A DNA stretch of 61,684 bases, filler included, from 5 parts of 5 records of this genome joined end to end with filler, not necessarily neighbours in it, one strand, 5' to 3'. Counted from the whole stretch's first letter, positions 1 through 9,929 are shown. Program-made: numbers and translations. The notes: generated by a model not told the origin, from the sequence alone.

Positions 1-53
1 CGGAGCGAATAGCAATTCTTCTTCTGTCGGGGCGAATAGCAATTCGCCCGTAT
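1..53. repeat. REP-like palindromes inside the RAYT reading frame
   Basis: GTCG-GGGCGAAT-AGCA-ATTCGCCC-GTAT at 26-53 has a perfect 8-bp stem. A partial copy, CGGAGCGAATAGCAATTC, lies at 1-18. Confidence 0.75.
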
Positions 54-447
54 CGGTGAATAAAAATGATTTGATATTTTTGGTCGCCGCTCCTTTGAAG
101 CCGCGAATTATGGCCCCGATGGTGTGGGATGGTGATTTGAATTCGCCTGGAGAAGCGGATGAATCCTTTATTATTTGTTCCTTAATTTCAATGACTCCAT
201 GAAAATGGTCAGGCATGATGATATATTCTCCTAGGGTTATGTTTTCTCTAATTTGCGCGGATTTTTCCCATTCATCAGCGACTATTTTTCCGAATGAATT
301 GAGCTTCATTTCTCCGCTTTCAATGTTTCCAAATAGATGTGTTCTCCCTTCGACACAAAGGGTGATGAAGTAAAGTCCAACGCTCGAGTAATCATACTCT
401 TTTAAGCGAATGCTTCGGCGGTTGTGGATTTTTGGGTTAAATGTCAT
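1..447 (-). mobile_element. REP-associated tyrosine transposase (RAYT, Y1/HUH family), 3' end outside window
   Basis: Manual translation from ATG at 447 gives MTFNPKIHNRRSIRLKEYDYSSVGLYFITLC...IMPDHFHG...TIGAIIRGFKGAATK. RRSIRLxxYDYS and MPxHxH (HUH) are RAYT motifs. Absent from the ORF track because it runs off the edge. Confidence 0.9.
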
Positions 448-564
448 GTAGTAGATGTGGTTGGTTATTCTAATTTAAGAATTATTTTCGTCAGGTAAAT
501 TTGAATTCACCATGAGATTAAGAAGTATTCCTTTTTTCAATAGAATTCTTCCTTAATTACAAGA

Positions 565-1062
565 ATGAAAAAAATACTACTGTTTTCCTTTGCAATTTTA
601 TTCTCAAGCTCTTCTTTTGGACAAATTGATACACTTCAAGGTGATTTGTACTTTGGTCTTTGGCGTTATGGGAGTTTGTATAAACAACCGAAAGAGGTTG
701 TAAAATGGGTTGATGGTCTGGCAAAATTGGAAAACAGGGATTCGTTGGACGGTACGACAAAAAGTATTTTGAGAATTTATGACGTTCTTAAAAAAGAAGA
801 TCTTTTATATAATCCTTACGTGCAGCTAAAATTAGATAATGATTCTATTATTAGAATCTACTTTGACAAAAGAGATTATTCGAAGATCAAAAAGTACAAA
901 TTGGACGCGTTGCAAGATGAAAAAGAAAAGGTTAGAATAACCTTGAAAGGAAGAGTAATTGGTGATGGTTTAGTTTATTGTGAAGACCTTGTATTTGTCT
1001 CTAAAGAAAAAGGGCAAACCTACGCGATTCCTCATAAATTCGCAATTGAAGATTATCGGTAG
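565..1062 (+). CDS. hypothetical secreted protein
   Basis: 165-aa ORF with a Sec-type signal peptide (MKKILLFSFAILFSSSSFGQ). Confidence 0.75.
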   Translation: MKKILLFSFAILFSSSSFGQIDTLQGDLYFGLWRYGSLYKQPKEVVKWVDGLAKLENRDSLDGTTKSILRIYDVLKKEDLLYNPYVQLKLDNDSIIRIYFDKRDYSKIKKYKLDALQDEKEKVRITLKGRVIGDGLVYCEDLVFVSKEKGQTYAIPHKFAIEDYR

Positions 1063-1214
1063 AATTTACCTCGAGAGCCTCAGTCGACTATTGCTATCGG
1101 TGTAGGAAGTTGTGAAATACACGGTTTTGCGCATATCAAAAGAAGGATTGCACAATTTTGTAATCATACAATTGAGAAGTTTTTTTGAACAGGTAAGGGC
1201 GAAAAAACCAGTTA

Positions 1215-2006
1215 TCACTCCTGCAAGCAATGGTTGTAGATGTCGATGTGCATGTACAATTCTTTGATGCGTTCAATTTTTCCTTTGGGCTTGGCTGCTT
1301 TCAATGATTCTTGCACTTTTGGGCAATCACCAAGCACCTCCAGGGCATCTTTTGGCTTAGCGTATTTGATGAGTTCTCCTTCAAGTCCTTTTTGAAAATA
1401 GACGGTTTCTTTGTGATAATAGATTTTATCAACGTTTGATCCTATACCTAATTCCACATTCTCCAGAAACACGCGGTGTTTGCCTGTGAAATTGGTTCCG
1501 ACTTTCAAGAGCTGCATTTCTCTAATGTGCTTTTTATGCACGTTGGGTGATCTGTCGTCTAATGATCCAGTGTGCGTGATGTGTAACCCTCCAGTTGAGT
1601 ACACAATGATGTCTCCCATGAGTAGGATTTCCAGCAGTTTCGAGTCATGAAAGCGAAAATCGACATACTTCGTGCCGTCTGAATACACTTTGATGCGCGC
1701 TCCCCAGTATTGAATTTTGGATTCGGCGAAATTTACAAGTTCATAGCTGTCTTTTCCATTGCTTTTTTTTGTGACTATTGACAATCGGTTGTCGGCACCT
1801 GGGACGTAGTTGTCTAATTTGAATTCTACGGTGTCTGTGATTCGTTCGTTCAGAAAGTCGTCGTATGTTTTATAGAACCCCTCCACTCCAGTGTATCTGA
1901 CCCTGAAGAGTTCACCACCTTGCATGAAGAGACTGTCGTTGGAGGTTGTTTGTGCAAAAGAAAGTGTTGAGCTGAAAAGGAAAAAAAGGAGTATTCGAAA
2001 GGGCAT
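1215..2006 (-). CDS. hypothetical secreted protein
   Basis: 263-aa ORF with a signal peptide ending SFA-Q, typical of Bacteroidota. Confidence 0.75.
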   Translation of the reverse strand: MPFRILLFFLFSSTLSFAQTTSNDSLFMQGGELFRVRYTGVEGFYKTYDDFLNERITDTVEFKLDNYVPGADNRLSIVTKKSNGKDSYELVNFAESKIQYWGARIKVYSDGTKYVDFRFHDSKLLEILLMGDIIVYSTGGLHITHTGSLDDRSPNVHKKHIREMQLLKVGTNFTGKHRVFLENVELGIGSNVDKIYYHKETVYFQKGLEGELIKYAKPKDALEVLGDCPKVQESLKAAKPKGKIERIKELYMHIDIYNHCLQE

Positions 2007-2133
2007 TTGCTTCTGTTTCTAGGGTTAAATTTTTTGAATTCTAAATATAGCGTTTTTTAGATGATCATTGTTGGACTTTGAGAGCCTAAGTTCGATGGAA
2101 CAACTTTGATGGACAGGGAGTCGTCTTTATTCT

Positions 2134-3393
2134 ATGAAAAAGGAACTCATTTCACTGACTTTAATGGCTTTTTATGCCTTTGTTTCTCCTGCGCAATCTT
2201 CATTTTGTGGTGTAGAAAAGAACGACCAATGGGAAAATTCGGCGTTCAAAAGTAAGCTTCATTCTCTCTCGGATTCGCCGAAATCAACGTATAATGTACC
2301 TGTCGTTTTTCACTTAGTTCATCAGGGAGGTGCGGAAAATGTACCTGATTCTGTGGTGATTAATTGGATTTCTGAACTCAATGAGCGTTTTGCGAATAGT
2401 GGTTCGTTTCAAACTCCAGATGGTGTGGATGTAGATATTAATTTTTGCCTAGCTGAGAAGGATACGAATGGTTTGCCTACGACTGGAATCACGCGTGATT
2501 ACTCTGAGTTTTCACACATGTACTCTTATATAAATAGTAATGGTTTGTCTACTTCAACTGATCTTATGGATAGTATTTGTAGGTTGTATCATTGGAAAAC
2601 CAAGGATTATTTGAATGTTTATTTGGTGAAAAATCTGTTTGTCGCAGGCAGTGCTCGTACAGGTTGGGGATTTTTCCCAAACAGTAATGGGTATTATATG
2701 GACGGCGTTTTTCTGTATCACGCCTATATGAATAGTGCGGATACTTTTTTTTACTACCCAGGTTTGTTTGAGCACGAAGTAGGTCACTATCTAGGATTGT
2801 ATCATACTTTTCAGGGTGGCTGTTTAAACAACGATTGCACGGTTGATAATGATAATGTCTGTGATACACCCCCCGTCAGCTATCCGAATAATGATTGTCA
2901 AACGAGTAATTCGTGCCTTTCGGATGCCGATGATCAGTCGACAAATAATCCGTTCAGACCTGTTGCCCTCGGTGGTTTGGGAGATCAACCTGACGATCTT
3001 ACAAATTACATGGATTATACGAAGTGTGCGGATCATTTCACCTTGGGGCAGAAAAACAGAATGATCGCTGCTTTGACAACCATTAGGACTAGTTTACTTT
3101 CTTCTGATGGGTGCGGAATCACTTGGAATAGTATTTCAGAAAATGATGACGCATTTTTAAAATTTGCTTTATTTCCAAACCCATTTTTTGATCGAGTAAC
3201 TATTCCATTCGGGGATTTCAAGTCGTGCGAGTTTACATTGTATTCTATTACTGGGACGATCGTAAGTGTTGAAATGATTACTGAAGATCTTCCTGAGGTT
3301 GAGCTCACTGACGTATCTAGCGGTACATATTTTTACAGATTGAATTTTGATAATAACCGGAAAATTGTGATTGGAAAGTTGTCTAAGGAGTGA
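2134..3393 (+). CDS. M43 (pappalysin/ulilysin-like) zinc metalloprotease with T9SS C-terminal domain
   Basis: Contains VPVVFHLVH, the zinc motif HEVGHYLGLYH, the Met-turn NYMDY and a C-terminal FPNPF...GTYFYRL...GKLSKE sorting domain. Confidence 0.9.
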   Translation: MKKELISLTLMAFYAFVSPAQSSFCGVEKNDQWENSAFKSKLHSLSDSPKSTYNVPVVFHLVHQGGAENVPDSVVINWISELNERFANSGSFQTPDGVDVDINFCLAEKDTNGLPTTGITRDYSEFSHMYSYINSNGLSTSTDLMDSICRLYHWKTKDYLNVYLVKNLFVAGSARTGWGFFPNSNGYYMDGVFLYHAYMNSADTFFYYPGLFEHEVGHYLGLYHTFQGGCLNNDCTVDNDNVCDTPPVSYPNNDCQTSNSCLSDADDQSTNNPFRPVALGGLGDQPDDLTNYMDYTKCADHFTLGQKNRMIAALTTIRTSLLSSDGCGITWNSISENDDAFLKFALFPNPFFDRVTIPFGDFKSCEFTLYSITGTIVSVEMITEDLPEVELTDVSSGTYFYRLNFDNNRKIVIGKLSKE

Positions 3394-3648
3394 ATCGGTT
3401 GGGTTTGTTCGGAACATGCTTTTAAAATAGATGCTTTTTAGTAACCTTTAAATTGTTTGAGTTTTTTTGTGAGAAGTCTGTATCGTTTTTGGATTTTTTA
3501 ACCTGTAATTATGTGACCCTCATTTATTAAGTGTATTTTTTTCTAAGTGTTCTCATCAGATCGCAGATAATGAGTGGCATCGAAGCCCTTTGCTAACTCT
3601 CGGACATACCACTTTTCGGAGTAAAACTTAGCGCAGATTACTGTAATG

Positions 3649-4110
3649 TTAGTCTTGTTCGTAGAAACTTAACTCCGTATAAGACTCACTGTCAATCAAT
3701 TCATAAATGTTTTCTGGTTCAGTTGGATTAGCAATCCAGTTGCCATCTTTCTTAAGATAAAACCGAGCTCGATGAGGATACTTTACAATTATTTTTTCAA
3801 TGTCTCTGAATAGATTTTCTAGTTTCTTCCAGATCGCACCAGTCTCTCCGCAGCCATAGAACTTTTCAGAATTATCGTCAATATATGATATAAATCCGTG
3901 TGAACCAGAAATTGGTGTTCTTAAAGGCGCTAGTTCAGGTGATGGTACCGAACCACCGCTAGGATTGAAGCCAAACCCTAGTCCACAATTTTGACATTCA
4001 AACATTACAAAAGTCATTCCCTTTTTTACCGAGGAATTAATAAATTCTTGTTGCTTTTCATCTGGAATGAAATTCTTATCGCAATTTTGGCATTTAATCA
4101 TTTTATTCAT
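3649..4110 (-). CDS. hypothetical protein with Cys-pair (zinc-ribbon-like) motifs
   Basis: 153 aa; CQNC occurs twice in the N-terminal part, with a further CGETG. Confidence 0.7.
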   Translation of the reverse strand: MNKMIKCQNCDKNFIPDEKQQEFINSSVKKGMTFVMFECQNCGLGFGFNPSGGSVPSPELAPLRTPISGSHGFISYIDDNSEKFYGCGETGAIWKKLENLFRDIEKIIVKYPHRARFYLKKDGNWIANPTEPENIYELIDSESYTELSFYEQD

Positions 4111-4176
4111 TCTTCTGCTTCACTTTTCTTTAAAATTTAACTTCCCGACAGTTGTTTCATTGGCTTTATAGGGAGT

Positions 4177-4368
4177 TTATTTTACTATTTTTTCAATCGA
4201 AGATTCGTCAACTCTCAATCCTCTTAATATTTGTTTAGCCCTAATTTTATCATCATTAATGGCTTTGTCAAACTCATCCATGAGACCGCTTGCATATAGC
4301 CTTTCATTAGCGGTCATTCCAGAGAGTTCAGCAATTTTCTGGATTCTGATTAAAGTTTGTTCGTCCAT
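4177..4368 (-). CDS. small hypothetical protein
   Basis: 63 aa, SGMTANERLYASGLMDEFDKA; co-oriented with the array. Confidence 0.7.
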   Translation of the reverse strand: MDEQTLIRIQKIAELSGMTANERLYASGLMDEFDKAINDDKIRAKQILRGLRVDESSIEKIVK

Positions 4369-4469
4369 TAAATTTTAAAATTTGCATTTATGAGTCTTTT
4401 TTTTTTACAAGCGAAATTAATCTAAGACGGAAAAGTTCGTACTAATCTGTTATTCAAAATAATCTTGTT

Positions 4470-4850
4470 TTATCTTCTGGATTTTTGGTTGCGATTAAAA
4501 ATACTAGACCGTCCACTTCTTGAGGTCGCCATCATGGTTAATCCGCCCAAGATTGGTCCATAAGCGAAAATAAAATAATTGCCCATTTGGATCCAGCCAG
4601 TAGATGTTCCTACCGTGATAATTGTTCCGCCTACTACGAGAAAAATTCCAATGATTTTCGTCGTATTGACTTGTGATCTATCATTGTTTTGTCGGATGCT
4701 CATCAAAAGTTTATTATCAATTGAGCCTATAATAATTCTTATCTCAGAGTCATCGAGTCCTTTAGCTTTCAGTTCACTACGAATTTCCGAAAAGTCCATA
4801 CCGTTCACCTTCTTGTCGTAATAATATTCTGATAAAGAGTCCAATTCCAT
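4470..4850 (-). CDS. hypothetical membrane protein
   Basis: 126 aa with two C-terminal hydrophobic segments. Confidence 0.7.
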   Translation of the reverse strand: MELDSLSEYYYDKKVNGMDFSEIRSELKAKGLDDSEIRIIIGSIDNKLLMSIRQNNDRSQVNTTKIIGIFLVVGGTIITVGTSTGWIQMGNYFIFAYGPILGGLTMMATSRSGRSSIFNRNQKSRR

Positions 4851-4860
4851 TCTGAGTCAA

Positions 4861-4996
4861 TTCTAACAAACGTTTAAAATATAAAAGTAATGATTTGGAA
4901 TATTAAACTTTCGGTTTACACACTTAACGGGATAGTGTCGTTAAAAACAAGGTTTAGCTTTCCCCAACGTTTCGAATATCCGCGTTAGCAAACGTT
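4861..4996 (-). repeat. attC-like cassette junction
   Basis: On the minus strand AACGTTTGCTAAC overlaps the upstream stop codon. The spacer ends AAACGTTTGTTAGAATT just before the next ATG. Confidence 0.55.
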
Positions 4997-5468
4997 ATTC
5001 ACATAGTTCAATTCCCCAATCAGTATGCCCTCTCCCATCCCAACACTTCCAATTCTTTTTTATAGAAACTACGGTCCATTTATTTTTCACTCTTTTCAAT
5101 TCCATAATATATTTTTCTCCTCTTTGAGAATCGTCTAGTAGATTATCATGAATTAGCGTTACTAATGTATTTCCGTTTTCACTATTTTTTTCGGTGATTT
5201 CTATTTTCTCATTTCCTTCACCTGAGTTTATCTCATTAGGATAATATAATTTAATCACATCTTGAGCAGATAAATCCTCATTTTTTCCTTTTAATAGCTG
5301 ATTTATTTCGTCAGGATTTATTGCTACAAACTTTTCATGCTCATAGGCCGTATTCGTTTGAATACTTTCATTTTCTTCAGATAATTGAACTTCAGTAGTC
5401 GTTTTATCAGCTCCCTGATTACATGAAAATAAGATGATCGTTAAAAGTAATCCAATGACTGTTTTCAT
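4995..5468 (-). CDS. hypothetical lipoprotein
   Basis: Lipobox ILFS-C; 157 aa. Confidence 0.75.
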   Translation of the reverse strand: MKTVIGLLLTIILFSCNQGADKTTTEVQLSEENESIQTNTAYEHEKFVAINPDEINQLLKGKNEDLSAQDVIKLYYPNEINSGEGNEKIEITEKNSENGNTLVTLIHDNLLDDSQRGEKYIMELKRVKNKWTVVSIKKNWKCWDGRGHTDWGIELCE

Positions 5469-5479
5469 AATTTAGTTTT

Positions 5480-5559
5480 AATGTTTGTTAACGATTTGCG
5501 GTGATACTTTCGTGCCGACTCTCGAATGTACCCTTTTCGGTATTAAGCACAGGCAAAGC
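5480..5559 (-). repeat. attC-like junction interrupted by a MITE
   Basis: Minus-strand core GTTAACAAAC at 5483-5492, with imperfect arms TTTGCGGTG...TGCCGA / TCGGTA...CACAGGCAAA. Confidence 0.55.
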
Positions 5560-5647
5560 GACTGTTACATGACTAAAATGCGAACAAACTCCAAAATCTA
5601 TGAAAGATCCAACAAGTTAAGCGCCAAAAGTATATTCGTAGCAGCAC
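5560..5647 (+). mobile_element. IS1182-like MITE, copy A (degenerate)
   Basis: GACTGTTACATGACTAAAATGCGAACAAACTCCAAAATCTA is similar to the copies at 7564, 9130 and 14323. Confidence 0.6.
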
Positions 5648-5672
5648 TTTTGAACCCGTTTTTGGATGGTTT

Positions 5673-6083
5673 TCAGCTTTTGATTTTGGATAAATTCTTT
5701 AAGCATTTGTTTCTTGCTTTTCCCGTGACAGGTACTTTCGACCAACTGATTATTATTGCGTCATAATCTCCAAATCTTGTTTTTTCTTCTTCGGTTAGAA
5801 TTATTATGTCTTCGTGAATTCTAGAACCTTTTCCCAACCAATCTTTCACATCCTTAAAATATGCCATTTTATTAGAGGAGAAATGTCCGTAATTGGATAA
5901 TCTAAATTCAATTTTCTTGTTTTCGAAGTCAAAATTTTCATCTATAAAAACAGAATTTAAATAGTGAGATTCATATTTATTAAGGAAGAGATTACTGTCT
6001 ACACCGCAACTATCCAACAATTGATTTTGTCCAAAACATGCGGAAATAATAAGTATAAAAAATGTTGCTGTAATTAGTTTCAT
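5673..6083 (-). CDS. hypothetical secreted protein
   Basis: Probable start MKLITATFF at 6083 (the ORF track extends to 6173); signal peptide. Confidence 0.7.
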   Translation of the reverse strand: MKLITATFFILIISACFGQNQLLDSCGVDSNLFLNKYESHYLNSVFIDENFDFENKKIEFRLSNYGHFSSNKMAYFKDVKDWLGKGSRIHEDIIILTEEEKTRFGDYDAIIISWSKVPVTGKARNKCLKNLSKIKS

Positions 6084-6230
6084 CGGTTTTAAAGTGATTA
6101 ATCTTGATGTCAATTTATTTAAAATTAAATTATAAAAATTCTCCGTAGTAGTTGCAATTTTCTCAGTGATCATTTCCCGTTTGAGATCTATCGTCTTCGC
6201 CGCGGAGTTCGCTAGGCTTAGATATAATGT

Positions 6231-7484
6231 TTATTTTTTGTGATACACAGTTGAATTTTGTTCTTCTGAAAATTTTTCATTTAACAAGTCCCATAAATCA
6301 GAATAACCATCATCATAACCTAATGCCCAAATACCAACTCCACTTATTTGATTTTCCTTGATCCAATCATATTTAATCCCTAGTGATTTTTTGTCTTCGA
6401 AAAAAAGTTGACGATAGCTATTACTACTGTCTTTCACAACTATGTACGTTGAAGAACTTAGGGAATCAAATTTTACTGGAGTATTTAATAAGTCAATATA
6501 GAATTTTCTAATCGCATTATAAGGTGGATGATCTCTAAATTTTGAAACCATTGAACCTGGTTGAGATTCTTTGGTGTACCATTCAGCACCATAATAAGGA
6601 AGACCAACAATTAATTTATTCGAATGCACACCTTTATCTTGATAATATTGAATAGATGTTTTTAAACCATTTCCAAATTTTTCGCTCTTGTTAAAAGGAG
6701 TCACTGGTCCAGTTCTTTTACTGAATCCTCCAAAGTAATCATACCCCATCAATGTGTAAAAATCTACGTAGGGATCAATGGTTTCAATGTCGAAAATATT
6801 GTTCCAGTCCTCCGCATAAAGGCACAGGGATATCATGTAGTTTGCATTATCTTGTTTTAGTCTCTTTGAAATTTCAATGATAAATTTTGTAAAACCCTTT
6901 TTGTTCTTTTTTGATACTCCTTCGAAATCGATATTAATACCATCTGCAGATCTCAGAGCCAATAAATAGGACAAACTATCAATCAACGTTTTCTGGGCTT
7001 TTGGATTTTCCAAAAAAGTAGCATTATTGTCACTTCCAAAATTAGAAACTGAAAGGAATACTTTACAATTGTAAGCTTTCGCACTATCAATCAAAGCAGT
7101 AGTTTTCCATTGATGGATACTTTTATAGCTTCCAGTTTCTGGTTGAATACTATATGAAAAGTAAGAAAGACCCCATAGCATGGAAAAGTTGTAATTTTTC
7201 CATGAAGAACCATTGGAATATATGTGCCAACCAAATGTGCGGAAATCAGGGTGCACGTTCCCTTTTTGGTGAAGTATTTTTTCTTGAGAAATATTATTTA
7301 AGTTATCCCAATCCTGTTCAGAATTAAAATTAAAGCCTTCATATTTTTTTTCGTGGAAATGTCGTTGGCTAATAAATTTGCTACTATCTGACACGATACT
7401 TGTATTCGGATCTTTGGCCTTTTCATCATTACTGCACCCTACTAACACTAATGCTGAGACAATGGTAATTATTAATATTTTCAT
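6231..7484 (-). CDS. glycoside hydrolase family 18 lipoprotein (chitinase-like)
   Basis: Catalytic DGINIDFE (DxxDxDxE), plus MGYDY, GLPYYG and GVGIWALGYD. Lipobox LVG-C follows the probable start at 7484. Confidence 0.9.
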   Translation of the reverse strand: MKILIITIVSALVLVGCSNDEKAKDPNTSIVSDSSKFISQRHFHEKKYEGFNFNSEQDWDNLNNISQEKILHQKGNVHPDFRTFGWHIYSNGSSWKNYNFSMLWGLSYFSYSIQPETGSYKSIHQWKTTALIDSAKAYNCKVFLSVSNFGSDNNATFLENPKAQKTLIDSLSYLLALRSADGINIDFEGVSKKNKKGFTKFIIEISKRLKQDNANYMISLCLYAEDWNNIFDIETIDPYVDFYTLMGYDYFGGFSKRTGPVTPFNKSEKFGNGLKTSIQYYQDKGVHSNKLIVGLPYYGAEWYTKESQPGSMVSKFRDHPPYNAIRKFYIDLLNTPVKFDSLSSSTYIVVKDSSNSYRQLFFEDKKSLGIKYDWIKENQISGVGIWALGYDDGYSDLWDLLNEKFSEEQNSTVYHKK

Positions 7485-7563
7485 CCTGCTTTGTATAATG
7501 GTTGGGACTAAGTTTTGTGTCGACTCCAATATAGCATTTTTCGGCGTGAGGTATAGGCGATGT

Positions 7564-7654
7564 GTCTGTTTCTCAACTAAAATGTGAACAAACTCTGGGA
7601 TCTACAAGGAATGACCAAACGATGTAACTCAGAGGAAAACAGGTGCAACGACGA
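7564..7654 (+). mobile_element. IS1182-like MITE, copy B
   Basis: Left end GTCTGTTTCTCAACTAAAATGTGAACAAACTC; imperfect right IR GTGCAACGAC (7643-7652); ATGT on both flanks (7560-7563 and 7655-7658). Confidence 0.65.
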
Positions 7655-7680
7655 ATGTTAGGTGCTTCTTTAAATGAAAT

Positions 7681-7859
7681 GTTGCCTGTAAAAAGACGCT
7701 AATTTCTCGGATTAATACACCGCCGAATTTTTATAGTTTGTTTTCAACTTATCAATTTTAAAAGTCGAATTTAAAAATTTAGCGGTATTCGCACATAAGC
7801 ACAGTCCTTTCCTTTAGCGCTTACTGGCTATAATTTATACACCTTATTGTAGTGTGTTT
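7681..7859 (-). repeat. long attC-like hairpin
   Basis: Inverted arms CCGCCGAATTTTTAT (7720-7734) / TTAAAAATTTAGCGG (7771-7785). The end at 7846-7859 is complementary to 8997-9010. Confidence 0.5.
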
Positions 7860-7969
7860 TTGTTCTTTCTTTTTTTGTCTAGAAATTCTGTAAGATTACT
7901 TTCTTATCTTAAGTCAAGGTTTTTTTTCTTTTCCGCTTCGATATTTGCATAACTATAAATTAAACAAAA

Positions 7970-8377
7970 ATGGAAAAGAACATATTTACAAAGGCGCTTT
8001 TAATAATTTCTGGAATGATTGGGACTGGAATTGGATATTCTCTCTTATTTTCTCCAGTTGCTTTTGAGGCGTCAGCAGGTATCAATCTCGGAGATGATAT
8101 TAATTTACTAAGCGAAATTAGGGCTCCTAGCGGACTATTGTTAGTTAGTGGAATAATAATTTTTTTAGGAGCCTTTTTTTCTAAATTGACAATCTATTCC
8201 ATTCAGCTATCTTGTTTAATCTATTTATCGTATGGATTGTCACGTTTAGTGAGTATTATATTTGATGGATTTCCAAGCGAACCACTTCAGATAGCTTTGT
8301 TTGTCGAACTTTTAGTTGGATTCCTATGTCTGTTTGTCCTTTTGCGATTCTACAAGAAAGGGATTAAACCGGCATAA
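7970..8377 (+). CDS. DUF4345-like membrane protein
   Basis: 135 aa, four hydrophobic segments, LLSEIRAPSG and SRLVSIIFDG motifs. Confidence 0.75.
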   Translation: MEKNIFTKALLIISGMIGTGIGYSLLFSPVAFEASAGINLGDDINLLSEIRAPSGLLLVSGIIIFLGAFFSKLTIYSIQLSCLIYLSYGLSRLVSIIFDGFPSEPLQIALFVELLVGFLCLFVLLRFYKKGIKPA

Positions 8378-8389
8378 TTGCAATTGAAT

Positions 8390-8977
8390 TTATTCGGATT
8401 TTTCCTTTGTCAAAATTCTCTTTCTGATTCTGCTAAGTGATTCAGGAGTAACTCCAATATAACTCGCAATTAAATGCAAAGGGATTCTATTGAGAAGCTT
8501 GGGATAGTTCTTTAAAATTATCTGGTATCTTTCTTCAGGACTATGATGGCTCAGTAATTCGATATGTTCTTGAGACTTGGCATAATCGTTAGGCATTAAA
8601 GTGTTTATCAAATTTTCAAGATTCGGATGTTTCCTATGCAATTCCTTTTCTGCTGTTCTAGTTCCTGTGGTTAAAATGGAGTTTTCAATGGTTGATAAAT
8701 AATATTTTGACGGCTTTTTTTCTAAGTAACTGGAATATAAAACTGCAGCTTCTCCTTCACAAAAAAACGCTGTCGTCTTTTCTTCTCCATTGACTATTTG
8801 ATATTGTCGAAGGCATCCCTCTATAACAAAAAAGCATTTAGTACAGATTTCACCTTCTCTTAAAATTGTAGTTCCTTTTTTGAAATTCTCTAATTGAGTA
8901 TTTTCCACAATAGCATTAATTTCCTCGTTGGTAAATTTGTCGAACTGTGAAATAAAATGAACTAAAGAGTCTTTCAT
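8390..8977 (-). CDS. Crp/Fnr family transcriptional regulator
   Basis: cNMP-binding domain (KGTTILREGEIC..FVIEGCLR) and HTH IASYIGVTPESLSRIR. Probable start MKDSLVHF at 8977. Confidence 0.9.
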   Translation of the reverse strand: MKDSLVHFISQFDKFTNEEINAIVENTQLENFKKGTTILREGEICTKCFFVIEGCLRQYQIVNGEEKTTAFFCEGEAAVLYSSYLEKKPSKYYLSTIENSILTTGTRTAEKELHRKHPNLENLINTLMPNDYAKSQEHIELLSHHSPEERYQIILKNYPKLLNRIPLHLIASYIGVTPESLSRIRKRILTKEKSE

Positions 8978-8996
8978 ATTTTTAGTTTGTTCTTTC

Positions 8997-9129
8997 AAAT
9001 GCACTACAGCGACTAAAGCCAGAAAGTGCTGCGGATCTTTCACCCAGATTTGATTTTAAAGTTAGGAATAGTTTTCTAACCAAAATTGATCTTACGAGGC
9101 ATAAACCAGTATGCTTTCTAAGCCTTTGT
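8997..9129 (-). repeat. attC-like junction interrupted by a MITE
   Basis: Arms AGCCAGAAAGTGCTG / CCAGTATGCTTTCTAAGCC; directly abuts MITE copy C. Confidence 0.5.
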
Positions 9130-9241
9130 GCTTGTTGCACAGCTAAAATGTGAATAAACTCTGGAATCTAACCGAAAGATCAAACAAGGTAAAAACAACA
9201 AAATCAGTTGTTGCTCAGGGAAGAGGTTGTGTAATGGTTAC
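9130..9241 (+). mobile_element. IS1182-like MITE, copy C
   Basis: Left end GCTTGTTGCACAGCTAAAATGTGAATAAACTCTGGAATCTA; imperfect right IR GTTGTGTAATGGTTAC (9226-9241). Confidence 0.65.
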
Positions 9242-9916
9242 GTAAGTTATCGATATTTTTTTTATTACCACACTGTGCTTTCTGGTGCCTGGAGTAGAGA
9301 TGTCGATTGAGTAATTCCAATTTTTATGGTTCACTTGATATTGTTTATTTGTATGATTCACGCGGCCACCAAATCTAGCAATATCCTTTTTTATTTTTTC
9401 ACTTTCTACCACCGTGCTATTCTTACCATTCAAATTGTGTATTGATACTTTCGATCCGTACGGTGTCGATATTTTTATTGTTAAATCACTGCTATCCGCC
9501 CAATGACCACCGTAAGGTAGAGAAGAACGTTCACTCCAAAGTTCGTTACCGTATTTATCGAATACCTGTATTTGTCCTAAATAAGAGCAATAAATCAAGT
9601 TGTCATTAATTATTGTAATAGGTTGGGTTGAAAAGGCTTTGACAGGCATTCGCCATTTAACTGTTCCATTACTTAAGCTAAAACAGTATAAATAATTATC
9701 CTCTCCGAAACCACCAATTGTATTACAATAAAGGTCATCGTTGTAAACACTTGCATTTTGAAGACCTCTCTCATCAAAGCTATCCAGCCAAAAATCACCA
9801 GGATCAAATAATGGATACGGAACGGTAGGATCATATAAAAAATCACCTTCCTCTTGACTTTGATTACAAGAAAAAGCGATAAGGAGTAACAGTAAGTAAT
9901 TGAACGTAGTTTTCAT
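9215..9916 (-). CDS. lipoprotein with PQQ-like beta-propeller repeats
   Basis: Lipobox AFS-C; LYCFSLSNGTVKW and FDKYGNELW repeats. The stop codon lies inside MITE copy C. Confidence 0.7.
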   Translation of the reverse strand: MKTTFNYLLLLLIAFSCNQSQEEGDFLYDPTVPYPLFDPGDFWLDSFDERGLQNASVYNDDLYCNTIGGFGEDNYLYCFSLSNGTVKWRMPVKAFSTQPITIINDNLIYCSYLGQIQVFDKYGNELWSERSSLPYGGHWADSSDLTIKISTPYGSKVSIHNLNGKNSTVVESEKIKKDIARFGGRVNHTNKQYQVNHKNWNYSIDISTPGTRKHSVVIKKISITYVTITQPLP

Positions 9917-9929
9917 ATTGGGTCGTTAC

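Noticed and set aside
3549-4469. Individual attC calls at the distal junctions (3549-3648, 4111-4176, 4369-4469; also 6084-6230)
   Set aside because: Too degenerate to define boundaries; counted only as part of the array.
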